A stretch of 64,000 bases of DNA, from assembly GCA_904063045.1 (NCBI GenBank), contig CAJFCJ010000013.1, positions 1,408,156 to 1,472,155 on the forward strand, read 5' to 3'. This DNA is from Dimorphilus gyrociliatus. Taxonomy: Eukaryota; Animalia; Annelida. Shown here in pieces: positions 29,422 to 43,336 of this stretch; position 1 is the stretch's first letter; every line of letters starts with the position of its first letter. The notes under the pieces were generated by a model that did no database searches, was not told the origin of the DNA, and saw nothing but the letters and a program-made list of their open reading frames with translations. The position numbers and the translations under genes are program-made.

Positions 29422-31098
29422 AAAACCTTGAACATATGTTGTTTACATCATGTGCTTTGCATCTGTAATAATCATCTCTGTATTGCTGTTCGTTTATTAG
29501 CATTCCGAAGATTCCTCGAATAGTTGTTGTAAAAACCGCTAGATGGCCATGTATGTTTCCTACGTATATTCACAACATATATATATATATTTATATATAT
29601 AGGTGTAGACTATATACTGATAAGACTTCCGGTGCCGCACTCTCGCTTTGATAATCGATTGTAAACAACGGCCAGCCAAATTATTGGCCTGGAGAAAAAT
29701 CTAGACTAAAATAGCTCTAAAAGCTTTTGAATATATTTTTAAAGAAACTAATAATAGGTGAAATACCCTTACTATTCAAATTATTTGAATATTAATCATT
29801 AGAATTTCAAATTCTCATTGCTCTTCATTGACGATATTTCTTTCTTCCGTTTTTTTAGATCGTGAATTCCTTTCATTCATATATAGATCGCAGCCCTCAC
29901 TAATAAAGTAATCATTGTGGTCTATATATATATAATATACAGTATACTGTATAAATATATATCTATATACCTACATATAAACTTATACTAACATGAACAG
30001 AAATATGACTTGTTGACACGTAGGCTTATCGATAGAGCAAAAGTGCACGCGTGACCTTGTTTACGTCTGCAAAAAGAAGAAAAAAAAACATAAACAGATC
30101 TTTAAAGAAAAAAGATTATTAATTTAAAGTGGTTTGAACCGGTCCATAAGAAAAGCTTCATTTTTTATCCTAGTCTGTAAAAACTGGGAAAACAACAAAA
30201 CAACATATTACATCAGTCAATAATCTCTCTCTCCCTCTGTCTCTTCTTTTTTGTCTTTATACCTATCTACTTATTAATCTATCTAGCTTTCATTCACTCA
30301 CTCAGTCACTCTTCTTTTATCATACGAGTTCTTTTTAATATAAAATAAATTTCTTTTTTATTAAAAAAAATATAATGATAATTACTTCATTATGACTGAT
30401 TTCTTTAATTAAACAAATTTTCTATCTCTAACGATGATGTCCTTATTAGCATTGTTGGAATGTTCTATTGTTCTTTTTTTAAAAAAAAAAAGAACGACCG
30501 GAAATTGAAAATGGCCGGGGTAAAAACAACACTAATAGCTTTAATAATAAACAAGTGTGTAAGAAAAAAAAGGAGTAAGATACAATGTCATTTTACCTGT
30601 ATAAATAATAATTGTATTTAAAATTTAACTTTTAAGTAATTTATGCCCGCCTACGCGATCGGAAGTGCAGAAAACTAAATCGGCACCTTAATCTTACTTG
30701 TAACAGATGGGGGGTCAGCGGGTACGAGATTTTTTCAAATCTTTATATTTTTTCTTTTATCAGTCATTGATTGAATTGTCAATAAGGTCAATATTTTTGT
30801 TGTAAATTGTACGATATATTTCAAGTGCTTTATTTTTCTGCTCTACTTTTTATGTACAGGTTGAAATAGATGTTTAAAGTAAGCAGATTTTATGAATGGA
30901 CAATTCGTGTACTACAGGTCAATCGGTGCTCGATTCTTATTGGTCCATTCGTCACGTGGTCTGTTATGGACCACGTGACTCATTGTAGCATACTTCTACT
31001 TCACTTTGAATTCGAAAACGCTTGGAACCAATTCGAGCCGAGAAACTTTTAACGAGAACTAGTTGGAAGAATATCAGAACAATATTTTTAAAGACTTT

Positions 31099-32546
31099 AT
31101 GGCAACCGCACTTTTCGGCAATCGTTTAGAACACGAGTTTCCGTTCAACGACGTTATAAGCTGCATGGAGGAATACTACTATCCAGCCACTAATCAAGAG
31201 GAGATTATCAAAGAACAATCAAACAGATATAATTGGCAAAACTTAGAAGCGAGTTTCAATTATTCTTCAAGCGAATCAGTTTACACCAGACCTGCTTGTT
31301 GTAAGTATAGACAAAAATATATATACATATACAATATATACGTACATGGTATATTAATAATAATGACAAACTAGTACCCAGACATAAATACAAACCTATT
31401 TCAAAAACAAACACACACACACATAAATATATATATATAATATTAAAATAAAAAGTGTTGTTTGTTATACTAGTGCTATGATAAACTTCAAGTTTGTCCT
31501 ATAATATAACTGCAAGATATATAAATTTATGAATTATATATATTTATAATAGTATACAATAGAGATATCTAATTTATTTATCATTTGTAAATGTTTGACA
31601 TTTTTATCGCCTAATCGCTTACTTTCGATAGTAAAAATCGTCTGAACGCGTATACATTTATTTATAGATGTATACTATACCAACTATATTCTATATACAC
31701 TAATAAATAAATATATATATATATATATATATATACTTTATGTATATAAATGATTACTATGTATAAATAATATAGCTCTATAAATTGTTACTTTATCAAA
31801 GAGGTATACTTAATACAACAGGCATCATTACATCTGTTAATGTAGACTACCCTTATAAGGAAAGAGATATTTATTTATAAAGATTATAATCATTATTTAA
31901 AAAAAAGGGCGTATTATCTTTAAGTGATAGCTGCATGTAACACTTTTTAAGGCTTTCAAAGGTTAAATGTAAAATTTAATGTTTCTTTTGTCTATAATTT
32001 AATTTACTTAACAGCTCCGCCTAACATTGGAATGGAAACAAATGATTTATCATTTAATGATGCGGACTTTGACTATCTAACTGCATCTGTAAGTTCATAC
32101 GGCAACCCCGAGTACGTTCAACAGGCGCCTCAAATGGCACAACTTCCTCAGAACAGATCAAATTCTCCAAAAATGGGCCGAACTAAGCCTAATATACAAT
32201 TATGGCAATTTTTGAGAAAACTCCTAAGTGAACCAGCATTATATGGAAAATCGATCAGATGGATAAACGAATCAGAAGGTTAGTTGGAAAATAATAACTT
32301 TTATCATTATTCAACCAGAATTTTACTCATTTGCTCTATTTTTTTTTCTTTTGTTTATTAGGCGTTTTCAAGATCGACAATTCTAATAAAGTTGCAGAAT
32401 TATGGGGAAAGGAGAAACACTGTCCCAGAATGAACTATGACAAACTTTCTCGCTCCATTAGAACTTATTACAAGAAGAACATAATCGTGAAGCCACCGAA
32501 TAATGCTAGAAGACTTGTCTACCAGTTTTGCCCTTCTTACCGATAA
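31099..32546 (+). CDS. ETS transcription factor, SPDEF/PDEF-like, 3 coding exons
   Basis: IQLWQFLRKLLSEPALYGKSIRWINESEGVFKIDNSNKVAELWGKEKHCPRMNYDKLSRSIRTYYKK...RLVYQF. The LSRSIR and RLVYQF motifs are typical of SPDEF. No PNT domain is visible. Confidence 0.9.
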
Positions 32547-32615
32547 GGCAAAGCGCCATCTGCAGACTGAACGGAAAAGTATTTTTTCTTAAACTTGCCT
32601 CGCTCAACTGTAATG

Positions 32616-32687
32616 TATATATATATATATATATATATTTATATAGATATGTATATACTTATATATATATATATATATATATTTATA
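32616..32687. repeat. (AT)n-rich microsatellite; similar tracts lie near 8356, 31709 and 44229
   Basis: Directly visible dinucleotide runs. Confidence 0.95.
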
Positions 32688-33689
32688 TCTATGCATGGTG
32701 CTACTGCCAAAATGATATTTAATCAAATCAAAAAAAGATGTTTAAGTGTAGTATTATGATTTTATTTTTTACATTTTCTCTTGTTTTTATCAAAGTTTTA
32801 TGAATTTAGTTTGTTTGAAAAAACTCTAATAAAGTAAAAGATAAAAATTGTTGAAATTACATATATATGCAGCCACATTTATATATATATAATATACATC
32901 TGAACTTTTTTTTGCAGTCGATTGCGGTGTAAATATTTGTTGATATCATGTAGGCCTAAAAATTAGTTTGTGAGAAAAAGTTATTGACACACTGAAGTCA
33001 ATAGCAACGAGTTTATTAGGTTTCATTACAATTATTCACGACCGGTGGAGGCAAAGGGTGCGTACTTTGCTGAATCTTCTTGTGATTGATTGGAAGATAA
33101 AGCCTAGTATAGCCCATGCGATTAGTTTCGACTGAGCTGAAAGCGATAAATACAACTTGTTTCCCGTTTTTCCGCCCTTTTAAAAAGTGAATTACAACAT
33201 TTACTTCTTCCAATCACACAACTTTTCAAATTAAAAAGAAATAGGAAGGAAAACTTTTTCCGGTCGTTCAGTAAGGAGATTAATTAGAAACGAAAGGCTG
33301 ACAAAAAGAGGCTGCTTTTCTTTATTCCGTTTATATAAAAAAAAACTGTTACGAACGGTAACCGAATCTGAATAACGCCTGTCAAACTGGGAGGAAATAT
33401 AATTTTTGGTTCGCTTTATGATTGATTAACTGATATAGTACGGTCGAGTTCTCCGACTGACAAACTATGACAAACTACAAACTACTGTTCGACGTGGGCG
33501 CCCCGCCAAGAAACCTCTACAAACCGTATTAGCACTGTTAGCTTTGTAGATGTTATGAAAAAAAGAGAGGCAGGGAGAAGAAAATTACTGCAAAAGGCTT
33601 TTTTTATGCGGTAGGCGAACGCATGTTTGCGCCGAGTTTTTACGTGTTATCTTGGCAACTGGAGCGCTGGTGACTGCAAAGTCTGCAAT

Positions 33690-36652
33690 ATGAGGCTAGC
33701 CGTCGAATGTGTCGTTTACGCGGCGCTTATATGCGGTAAGAGTTTATTTTGCGTTTGTTAAAATATTGTTTACTTATCCTACTAAAAACTGTTTGCATTT
33801 AGCTAATTTCGCTCAGTGGTGCGGCGATGAATTTGTCACGCCGTTCTTACAACGAAACAAGCGCCTAACAGATATTAAAATACGTAACTGCTTAGATCAT
33901 ACAAGCGTTGTTCAATTAGAAGATGGAAGAATATTGCAGTTGCTTGCATTTCAAGAAATTAGTACGAGAATCCTACCAGGTATGTTTCTTTTTTTTTAAA
34001 TTTCAAAAAAAGAAAAGAATAATAGTATAGGAATTCATGATATATCTTATTATCTTTCTTTACACTCTTCATCAATATCTCCATTCCTCCTATGCTTCAT
34101 TCTTTTCTTTTCAATCCCAAAAGCTTTCTAATTTCTATGTAATTCCTAAAAATTCTACATACACCAATTATATAATTCTTAACGGTACCATTATAATTGT
34201 AGTCGTTTATAGAAAGAGGGTTTTCTACTCTTTCTCCCCTCTTCCAATATTCTACTCTCGATCTTTCTTTTACTCTCTTTCTCTTTGTTATCCTCTCGCA
34301 GTAAAGAAGGATTTATACATGTTTTGTAACTTTTTCTCTCCATCTAATACGATTTTTTTGTGTGCTTATTAATTGTATTGCCTTCTTTTTTATGCCACAT
34401 TTAAATATAATAAGTAGCATAAGAATATTATATATTTTAAAAAACAGAAAGGTAAGATAAGGAGAAGAAAAGTAAGAAGGAAAGAATAATCAGAATGAGG
34501 ATGCGAATAGGAAAGTTAATTAAAAGAGATTAATGTGTTGTTTCTATCGGTTTCTAAGCACATGTTTTCAACTGTATTTTCAAATTCTTAATAATCAGCC
34601 TTTTGAATATCATATTTCTTTTCGTATTATTCCTTCTGAGCCTAATCAACTTTCCTCAAAGTCTATAGCTCTATTACATTTCGTTCTGAGAACTTTTCGA
34701 GTATTATATATAAATTTATCATTGGCATCGCAGACAAACGCCAAATAGCTTATTTCGGATATCTAAAAATAGATTGAATATAGAGTAAAAAAGGTATAGA
34801 GAGAGAGAGAGAGAGAGAGGGAAAAGAAGGAAAAGAAGGAGAAAAACACTGAGTATACTGGAACGATCGGAATATAAAAAAGCTTTTGAAAACACTTAGG
34901 AAAAACGTGAAAGCTGATCTCCTCTAATTTCAGTATAATATCTTCTTTCTTTTTATGGATAAAAAGGCGAATTTACATCAGACATTGGATCAATAATAAT
35001 TCTTTAGGGGTACGGCATTCACTGTTGATCCGAAGACCTATAATATTTTTATGTACAATTTATTGAGAAGAATTCCAGCCTTTGAGGAAAAGAGAGGATT
35101 CCACTTCTTACGCTAAGGGAAAAGTTTAATAAAATGGTTTAGCGGCGGGGTCTTCCGGACTCTAAGTTGCATTCTTCTCCTCTATCATAATTTAATAGAA
35201 GAGAAAAAAAGGAAGAGAATGAAGAGAGATAGAAGCTTTTCAGTCATTTCGTTTAAATAGGTTCTACGCTTCTATCAATTAAAGATCATTCGTGTCACGA
35301 GTTTTATTCCTGGCTATCGACAAGACTCAATCTAACCATATCGTTACCACGCTAACCAAATCCCATGCTAACTAGCAAGATAATTCTCTAAAGAAGATAC
35401 CTCTTAATGTTAATTACTAATTGCTCTTCAGTATTTATTAATTAATAACCAGTTTAATTATTCATTGATAGACCTAATATATTCCATCATGAAGAATTAA
35501 TGTCACAAAAAAGACAGAAATATAGACTAAAGAAGAGGATAAACTCTTTGAGAGGGAAAAAAATAAATAGCGATAACATCTAATATGGCGATATTAGATC
35601 CTCTTTCATTCTTTTCCTATATTATGATTATGCCATATTTAATACTTTACTTTCGAAAGAACTGATATTCATGCTTTCTCTTTTCGTGGACTATATTTAT
35701 TCATATTACAAAAAGACCGGAACAGAAACTGAGTACTTTAACAATAACCTACAACATTAGACACTTGTAGCTCCGTGTCTTTTTTCGCATTTTTCCCTCT
35801 TCTATTTTTCATTTAATAGTCTGAAATATAGATCTCTTAGTTTTCTAGCTCCTTCTCCAAATCTTTCTCTGACTCTGCCTTGTAAAATTGCCATAAATAT
35901 CCAAGGTTTATATCCTTCATTCAAATTTATTTTATAATTCTGTTTCTACCACACTGTTTCTCATTTTCTCTTCTACTCCTCCCCCTTAACCACCCCTTCT
36001 ATTCTCTCTTTTCCTGGAACAGTTAACAAATTCACTCGCTTTGACGTTAAAACGCCTGTAGAATGTCAAGTCTAATGCGTCTCACAAACCATAGGCCTAT
36101 ATCACTTATATTGAATTTCAATTTTAACTATTGTTTTGTTATTTTCTCTTTGAAAAAGAAGAAGAAGAAGAGGAAATTAAAAGAGAAAAAATAAAAGAAA
36201 GAAAGAAAGAGAGAGACAGAGACAGAGACAGGGAAAGAGAGAAAGAGAGAAGCTAATTAACGAAAAGAAGAAAAATTGTTAATCTATTTAAAATTCATTA
36301 AAAAAATATTCTCTTTGTATATCCTTTTAATAGTAACATATGGACAAAGTTCTTTTTTTCACTTACACCTTTTCTTTCAATCCTCATTCTCTTCTTCATT
36401 TTTCCCTTCCTTTTAGAGAGATAAATATCATGTCATAATATATTGTCCTAAAAGGTCGTTTATTCTTGTTTGCATAAAGGTCAGGCTAAATAGCAACATA
36501 TTTATAGATTTCATATTCCTAAAGAATAAATGGTGAGAGAAAATAGAAAGAATAAATCCCTGGAATAAAAGGATAAGGCGTTCAGATATAGACAGATTTT
36601 ATCATTAATTTTAATAATTCTACAAAACTAGAGAGAAAAAAGAAAGAAAAAT

Positions 36653-36694
<42 letters not shown>

Positions 36695-38362
36695 AAATAA
36701 ACGATAATTAATGAATTTATCAGTAAATATAGGTATGTCAATCAAACGGAAAAAAAAAACAGGGCATGCTATATAGACGTCCCCTCAGCCTGAATACATA
36801 GAACGTGTTTCCATAAAGGCGTCATCAGCATCCTGATCGCCATGACTGTTATATCTATAGTAAATTCGTTCTGACGTACTTAGACATTGTAATTCCTTCG
36901 GTATTGAGTTATTATACGGAAACAGCAATCTGAATTATAGTTGTAATTAATTAAAACAAAGTATGTCACATGACAGGAATTTTGATATGTTTTCTTTTTT
37001 ATTTATAAAAAGAGTGAGAGTATAAAATGTCATTAAAAAAGTTGAAATTAAACATACAGCGAGAGAGAGAAAGAGAGAGATAAGGGTGGGTAGAGGGGGG
37101 GGGGAGAAGGGTGTGGGAGAGGAGAGAGAAAGGAGAGAGATGATAAAAAAGTAGGAAATATATGGTAAATTTAACACTGGTCTAGATTTCTGAAACGAAT
37201 TGATGTAGGGTTAAATCTAACCCTCAGGCTCACAACTGTTAGACGCTAATAATATTTGTATTCTCCATTTTTATGATTGCTTAGATTTGATAAAAAATCG
37301 GTGGAATTAAATGGTGTTTTTTTTTTAAATTTCTTTCAAATAGGAACTCGACTCTTATGTAACGGTTCTATTAAAGTAGAAGCTGATTATGAAATTCCAC
37401 CTGTCGACGCTTTTGGACAATTTTACATAATACCAAAGTCTTGGCATCAAATAACAATAACAAGTTTACAAGCTGAAACAAACGTATCTTTAGACGCTGA
37501 TATAGAATGGAGGCTAAAAAAGGGTGACAAACGCGTTTTGACGTCAACCAACTCGACTGGAATACGAACGATACGAGCGTCTAAACGAGTATTGGTCGTC
37601 GTGACTTTATTAACAAAACGGCCCAGTCGTCAGTTTTATGCCAATGGACGTTTATTTGCTGTAGATGGATTATTACAGATAACCACGGCAGGAAAGACAC
37701 TTGTCAACGTCACCAACTCCTTACGAATTCAGCAAACGTTCGAAATAGACGGCACAAACGAGATTAACGTCACTTCCGGCCTCCTCTCTGCCGATGGTCC
37801 AGTTCAGATAATGAAATACAGCTGCAAATCGGAGCAAACAGTGGTTGCATCGTTAGATTCCCTGCCAAATACTGTACAACTTCTACAATTAAAAGAAGAT
37901 ACTTTCGTCAAAATAATCTTATTTGGTTGTCCTCATTTAAAGAACGCGTCAATCTTTTCGAATTGCACGGTGAGAACATACGACGAGTATAAAGTCGATT
38001 CTCTAGATTGCTTCTTTCCCGCCGGAAATCATTCGATCGATTGTAGAACGATATTCGAATTACCAGAGAGGTGCCCATCGGAATTTGTTGAGACCATATT
38101 GGAAAAGAATCGTAAACTACCATCCGGGGCACAATTAAAGCGATTGAGCGCAGATGCACAATCAAGGGCAAGTGACAGCTCTGGAGGAACAACGAACGGA
38201 AACGGAAATGGATTATCGAGCTCAGTACTAGCGATTATTATCTCATTAGTAACATCTATAGTGTTTGTAATAGTTTGCATTCTTGGTTTTACTGTCTCCG
38301 AAGTCGTCTGCAAATCCGATGGAGGACTTAGAACTAAGATTCTACCGTTCATTAACAATTAA
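33690..38362 (+). CDS. Type I membrane protein with an IgGFc-binding (FCGBP N-terminal)-like ectodomain, 3 exons with a 3.4 kb second intron (33980-37343)
   Basis: Signal peptide MRLAVECVVYAALICA. In-phase splicing leads to GTRLLCNG. The segment EIPPVDAFGQFYIIP...ITITSLQAETNV...WRLKKGD...IRASKRVLV resembles the IgGFc-binding repeat. TM VLAIIISLVTSIVFVIVCILGF. Confidence 0.65.
36659..36690. repeat. (AG)n microsatellite; similar tracts lie near 34797, 39030, 40439 and 52803
   Basis: Directly visible dinucleotide runs. Confidence 0.95.
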
Positions 38363-39027
38363 ATATACTTTTTCGTTAAATCCTTAACACTTTTACCCTA
38401 TTTTATGTATTATTTAATACTTTCAAGCAGCGTTGATCAGTATTTCAGCCACTATATGATTATATACAAATATATATTATATATATGTATATATACTGTA
38501 TATATTAGATATTAGACATTCGATCTTAACTATCTATAGTTGTATTTGTCGCTATCGTTAAAACATCGGAAAGCATTTTATAGGCTATGTTTATTTTATA
38601 TCTTATCGATACGAAGCTACTCCTTTAAATATTTATTTACCCGGAAAGAGAATTGCATAGGGAAATCAAGAGAATTTCAACCCGAAATTAGTCCCTTTGA
38701 TGTTCGTTATTTAAAAAGAAAGAACTTGTACGGATTTGTAAAATCTAAAGGAAAAAAAAAGAGCATAAACTTAATCTCTTACCCGTAACTTCTCTTAATA
38801 TTTTTTTACTATTTTCTGTCAATCTCTACCCGGATTTTCTCTCCACTTGACACTAACTAAGAGATTTTTCAAAGGAAAACGTAAAGAGAAACAAATTTTG
38901 TTTTGACAAACAAAATTTCTATTTATAAACTTAAGTACTAGTTTTCATCTTTCGTAATTGGCTTTAAAAATGATGAAAAATACCTAATCGCTGAAAATCA
39001 ACAGTTGCCTAGATTTTTCTTTTTCAA

Positions 39028-39064
<37 letters not shown>

Positions 39065-40435
39065 TCTGTCTCACCGCCTCCCTCACCCCATTTTTCTTTT
39101 TTTTTCTCTTCTCCGTCTTTTCCATTTTTATATCTATCTTCTTTCGCAGCCATTATTCTTTTCCCCAGGCCTATGCTAACACTTTTAACGCTATTCCTCT
39201 TCATAAAACATAGCAGGGAATAGATGAATTTTTTTTCAAAAGTAATGAATGAATTTTATGTAACAAGTCTTTTTCTTTTTTGCAACTTTATTTTTCCTAT
39301 TATTTATCCTTTGCCTTGGGGGAAGAAACCTTTAAGAATCGTTGTTTGCCTTCTTTCCTTAAAGCTTATTGATTAGTATTTCATTTCGTACATAAAGTAA
39401 TCTTTCCCTATATTCAGAAATGATAATTGTTACTAAGGCAGCGAAATATATTACATATCATGCGTGACGTTTAGGTCTACGATTGTATAGATTGATAAAT
39501 ACCGAACGAATAATTATTTATGTACACTATACGAATATACAAGTCGATGAAATATACATTGTTTATACAGTATGTATAAACTATAAAGTTATTCTTTCTT
39601 TGGTTGATGGCCTCGTATATAATTTCTCTTACAAATCAATAGATGGCCTCGTAGACAGCCTCCTTTTTTTTTTAACTATATACGTTATGTATATTTTGTC
39701 TAAATGTATACTGAAAATATATAATAGAAAAAAAGATGGATGAAAGAAGTAAAGGAAGAGAAAATAGAATTTATAGATGAATGAATGAATAAGCAAGAAG
39801 ATAGGATGAAAAAAAAAAGACAAGATTTCAAACTTGAGAAAAAATTCTCCAACTAATTCCAACCGTTTAAAAGTTGATTGAATTATTTTGACCTTTTTAT
39901 ATTCTCCTTTAGTTGTACAGTATATATATATATATATATGTATTTTTCCAAATGTAAATTAAATCTTTAATCATTAATTCATATTTAATTTAACTTCTCC
40001 GATTCGCCAGCCTTTCGGATTTATAGAAATACAATTAGGGATTTAATTGGAACAATTCTGTTTCTATAGAATAAATCATCGTGAATACAATTTAAAATAG
40101 AATGAAACATAACCCTAACAGCTTTTACATCTTATTAATATTCATAAATGTATTTTTAGGCCTGTAAACTTTCAATGTTCATACCTAGAGAATTTTGAAT
40201 GGTTCAGACGGTTTCATATTGCTGGAACGGTTATCAACAGCATAAATATACATGTAGATGTGCTGCATAATATGCAGTATATATAAATATATATTTGTTT
40301 ATACATATATACATAAATATATATGCACAATATATTAAGTATACACTACTTTATACGTTTTGAACAGGAAACAACCAGGTAAGTTATCTACTACGCTTTT
40401 CATTTATTTTCGTTTTTACCATACCTCAGACGTTT

Positions 40436-40484
<49 letters not shown>

Positions 40485-40886
40485 TAAAAGACAGGAAGGA
40501 AAAATTGATAAACGTTAAAAAAGTAGTTTTTTTTATTTTTGCAGTAAAAAAAAAAAAGGCGTGGCATCTCAAATGTCGGTTTGAAAATAGATTAATAAGT
40601 TGTTGTATTAAGTATTATTTGTTTCCAATTATAATAAAATTATTTCTTCAAGTTTTTCTTTAAATGAACTATTATTGATGGGATTTTTTAAGTAGTGGGA
40701 AAGCGAAAACGGAGGATAAGAGACAGATAAACAGATAGATAGATAGCAACGAAGAGAAAGAGACAACAGAGGCAGATAATGAACTACAGTAAAATAATTA
40801 TAATATTCAATAAACCTTACTACCTCCAGAGCTAATGGTATACATCAATATTACATTATTTTCATTTAAACATCTACCAAGTACAG

Positions 40887-40923
40887 TATATAAAGGGGTA
40901 ACGCCCTTTTTGCAGATTCATTC
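40887..40923 (+). promoter_or_regulatory. TATA box and initiator of the calponin/transgelin gene
   Basis: TATATAAA at 40887-40894 and TCATTC at 40918-40923, about 30 nt apart, upstream of the ATG exon. Confidence 0.6.
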
Positions 40924-40973
40924 GCTGTATAATTCTAGTCACTAACAGACGAAATTTTTTTAGCTAGAAAGAG

Positions 40974-42734
40974 ATGGTTTGTTGAATATTTTTTCTATTA
41001 ATAAATTTTATACTTTAAAATGTTTATCATAATAATTTTTTTTATAAAAAAAATTATTATTTAATTACTTTTTTAATTATTTTCGAAAACGTTTTTAGAA
41101 TTAAATCAAGATTATAATAATTTAATAATAACAGTATTATTATACTGGTGTAAGCCAAAATTTTATTATCTTTCATATAGAAAATATCTGTTTTTAGCCT
41201 ATTATCTAAAAAAAACAAACTAAAATATTAACCTTTGAACTTGTTTAATTCTTTAGATGTTACTTTTAGAATCCTAATAAAATTTCAACATGTCCTTGAG
41301 TAACCATTATTTAATTTCTTTTATAATAAGATTGGATAAAGAAAAAAGAGAGGAAGAGAAGGGAGAACGAGGGAGAGAGAAAGAATAAAGGGAGATGAAG
41401 GGTGTAAGGGTTAAGATATGAAGAGAAAAGAGTCGTGTTTATAAATTAATAAAAGTATACGTATGCATACACAGTATATTAATGGGAAAAGTAAGATTGA
41501 GGTAAAGATACAGAGATAGAGAGACAGCTAGGGAAGAGAAGAAGAAAAGAGAATTAATAGAAAGAAGAAAATATTTGCATTTTTCTTTGTCTGATTGCAA
41601 TTCTTATAGAATGATTTTTATTAATAGAGATCGTATGTTTGAAATATTTGTTATTTAGATAAAAATAGCTGTATATAGGCGTGTAAGTACTAAATCTTTA
41701 TTAATAGGCGTATATACTGTCTGCTTGACTGTTCATGAAGGGCTTATTAATACAGTTGTTTAAGCTTATTGTAAGAAAAAATTTACACTACTTTTTTACT
41801 CTATTTTTCTAAAAATAACAATAATAATAAAAAAAAACCATTTGACGCTTTTCATAAAAAAAAGACTACGCTGCGATAAGAGCTGTACATCTGGTACTTT
41901 CTATTATATCTTGATTGAAATGTAATTTCCATTAATTAACCATTATCAAAGAATTTTTAACGCCATCTGTAGTCTATATACAGTCCCAAGATCGATCAAT
42001 TTTTACTATTGCAGGGCGAAAGGGAAGAAATCGACGAATTGTCAGCCGAAATGTCCAAAATGAGATACGATGAGAAGAAGGAAGTAGAAGCTAGAGCGTG
42101 GATGTTTGCTGTAACTGGAGAAAAATTAGTCGAGGATGTCGAGGACGATGAGGTAATTGGACTGGACCGGTTTGGAGACGCCTTAAAGGATGGTGTTTAC
42201 TTGTGCAAGCTTATTAATTCTTTAACGGAGGAAGACAAGATAAAAATAAAAACAGGACCAGCGGCAAGTTCGCCATTTCAACAAATGGAAAGAATAGAAC
42301 TGTTTATTAAAAGAGCTCAACAATACGGAGTTCGAAAGGATGATCTCTTCTCAACGCCTGACTTGTATGATAAGCAAAACCTATCAAGCGTCTTAAATGC
42401 AATTGAAGGTTTAGCCAGGCGAGCCAGAAACCAAGGATACGAAGGACCAACATTCGGCCCGAAAGAAGCAACGGCCAAAGAAAGAAATTTCACTCCGGAA
42501 CAACTGGAAGCCGGAAAGAATATTTTAGGCCTGCAAATGGGCTCTAATAAAGGCGCGAGTCAAGCTGGTATGTTGGCTGGTAGTCGTAGGGATATTTACA
42601 TGAAAACCGGAGATAAGCCGGAAGGACATCACGTAATTGGTCTTCAAATGGGTGCCTTGGAGACACCGCCACCAAAGGCATCTTCCTACGGAAATCGTCG
42701 TGATATTACATCACATGGAGTAGAAAAGGCCTAG
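40974..42734 (+). CDS. Calponin/transgelin family (myophilin/MP20-like): ATG-only first coding exon (40974-40976), then exon 42015-42734
   Basis: CH domain (ALKDGVYLCKLINSL, FQQMERIELFI, DLFSTPDLYDKQNLSSV) and calponin repeats GLQMGSNKGASQAGM and IGLQMG. ATG|GTTTGT donor and TTGCAG acceptor are in phase. Confidence 0.93.
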
Positions 42735-43336
42735 AAATTTAAAAAAAAAAAAAAAGTGCGAAAGATTCTTTAGTTTTTTTCCTTTATAATATTCACATCA
42801 ACCTGAATATTTTCAACAGTTTTTCTTTAACTATTTATTTATTTCTTTTTTATTTTAAATATTTTTTTTCCTCTTATTTATATACTTTTTATTTTTAAAC
42901 TACGGAACGAAAAAGAACAAAAAACGTAAGAAAAAAAGAACAAAATGGCGGGGTGAATTTTTTCCCGCCAGGAAAAAGAATAAGTAAAAATAATAGGGAA
43001 TTATCTCTAGATACTTTTTTTTTATATAAACATAATATGTAAACTTTTAAAAGAACAAGTAATAATAAAAAGTTCCGTAAATTAATTAAGGCATGCATCG
43101 ATTTATCAAAAGAGTGATAGAATACGAGAAAACTGCAACGAATAAACGTCATATCAGCTTTGTATTGATTTGAGATAAAAAAAAAGGTATGAGAAGATAT
43201 TAAGATAGAAGGCTTATGTGCGAAGAAAAGAGAAAGAAAACGCCCATAGTACATGCGATAAGATAATTATTAGATGGCGCAGTAAGTCTAGGTGTGTTTC
43301 TATAGTGACGGTTTCAGTGGCGAGAAGTCAGAAACG

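Noticed and set aside
33980-37343. Nested gene in the 3.4 kb intron of the IgGFc-domain gene (open stretches near 35000-35110 and 36790-36935)
   Set aside because: The frames are short and lack compatible splice sites or recognisable motifs.
37908-39223. Antisense and microsatellite-derived ORFs (37908-38192, 38029-38358, 38998-39204, 39005-39223); similar ORFs at 3868, 4253, 25823, 36947, 48274 and 57943
   Set aside because: They are shadows of real genes on the other strand or translations of (GA)n/(TC)n repeats.
39606-39653. 12-nt direct repeat GATGGCCTCGTA (two copies 36 nt apart)
   Set aside because: Only two copies, so it is not an array or CRISPR. It is best explained as a local duplication or variants of the AGATGGC motif.
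43274-43305. Upstream ATG GCG CA plus a 24-nt GT-AG intron extending GPR19
   Set aside because: 24 nt is far below the roughly 55 nt minimum seen in this window, and the ATG is part of the recurrent AGATGGCG motif.
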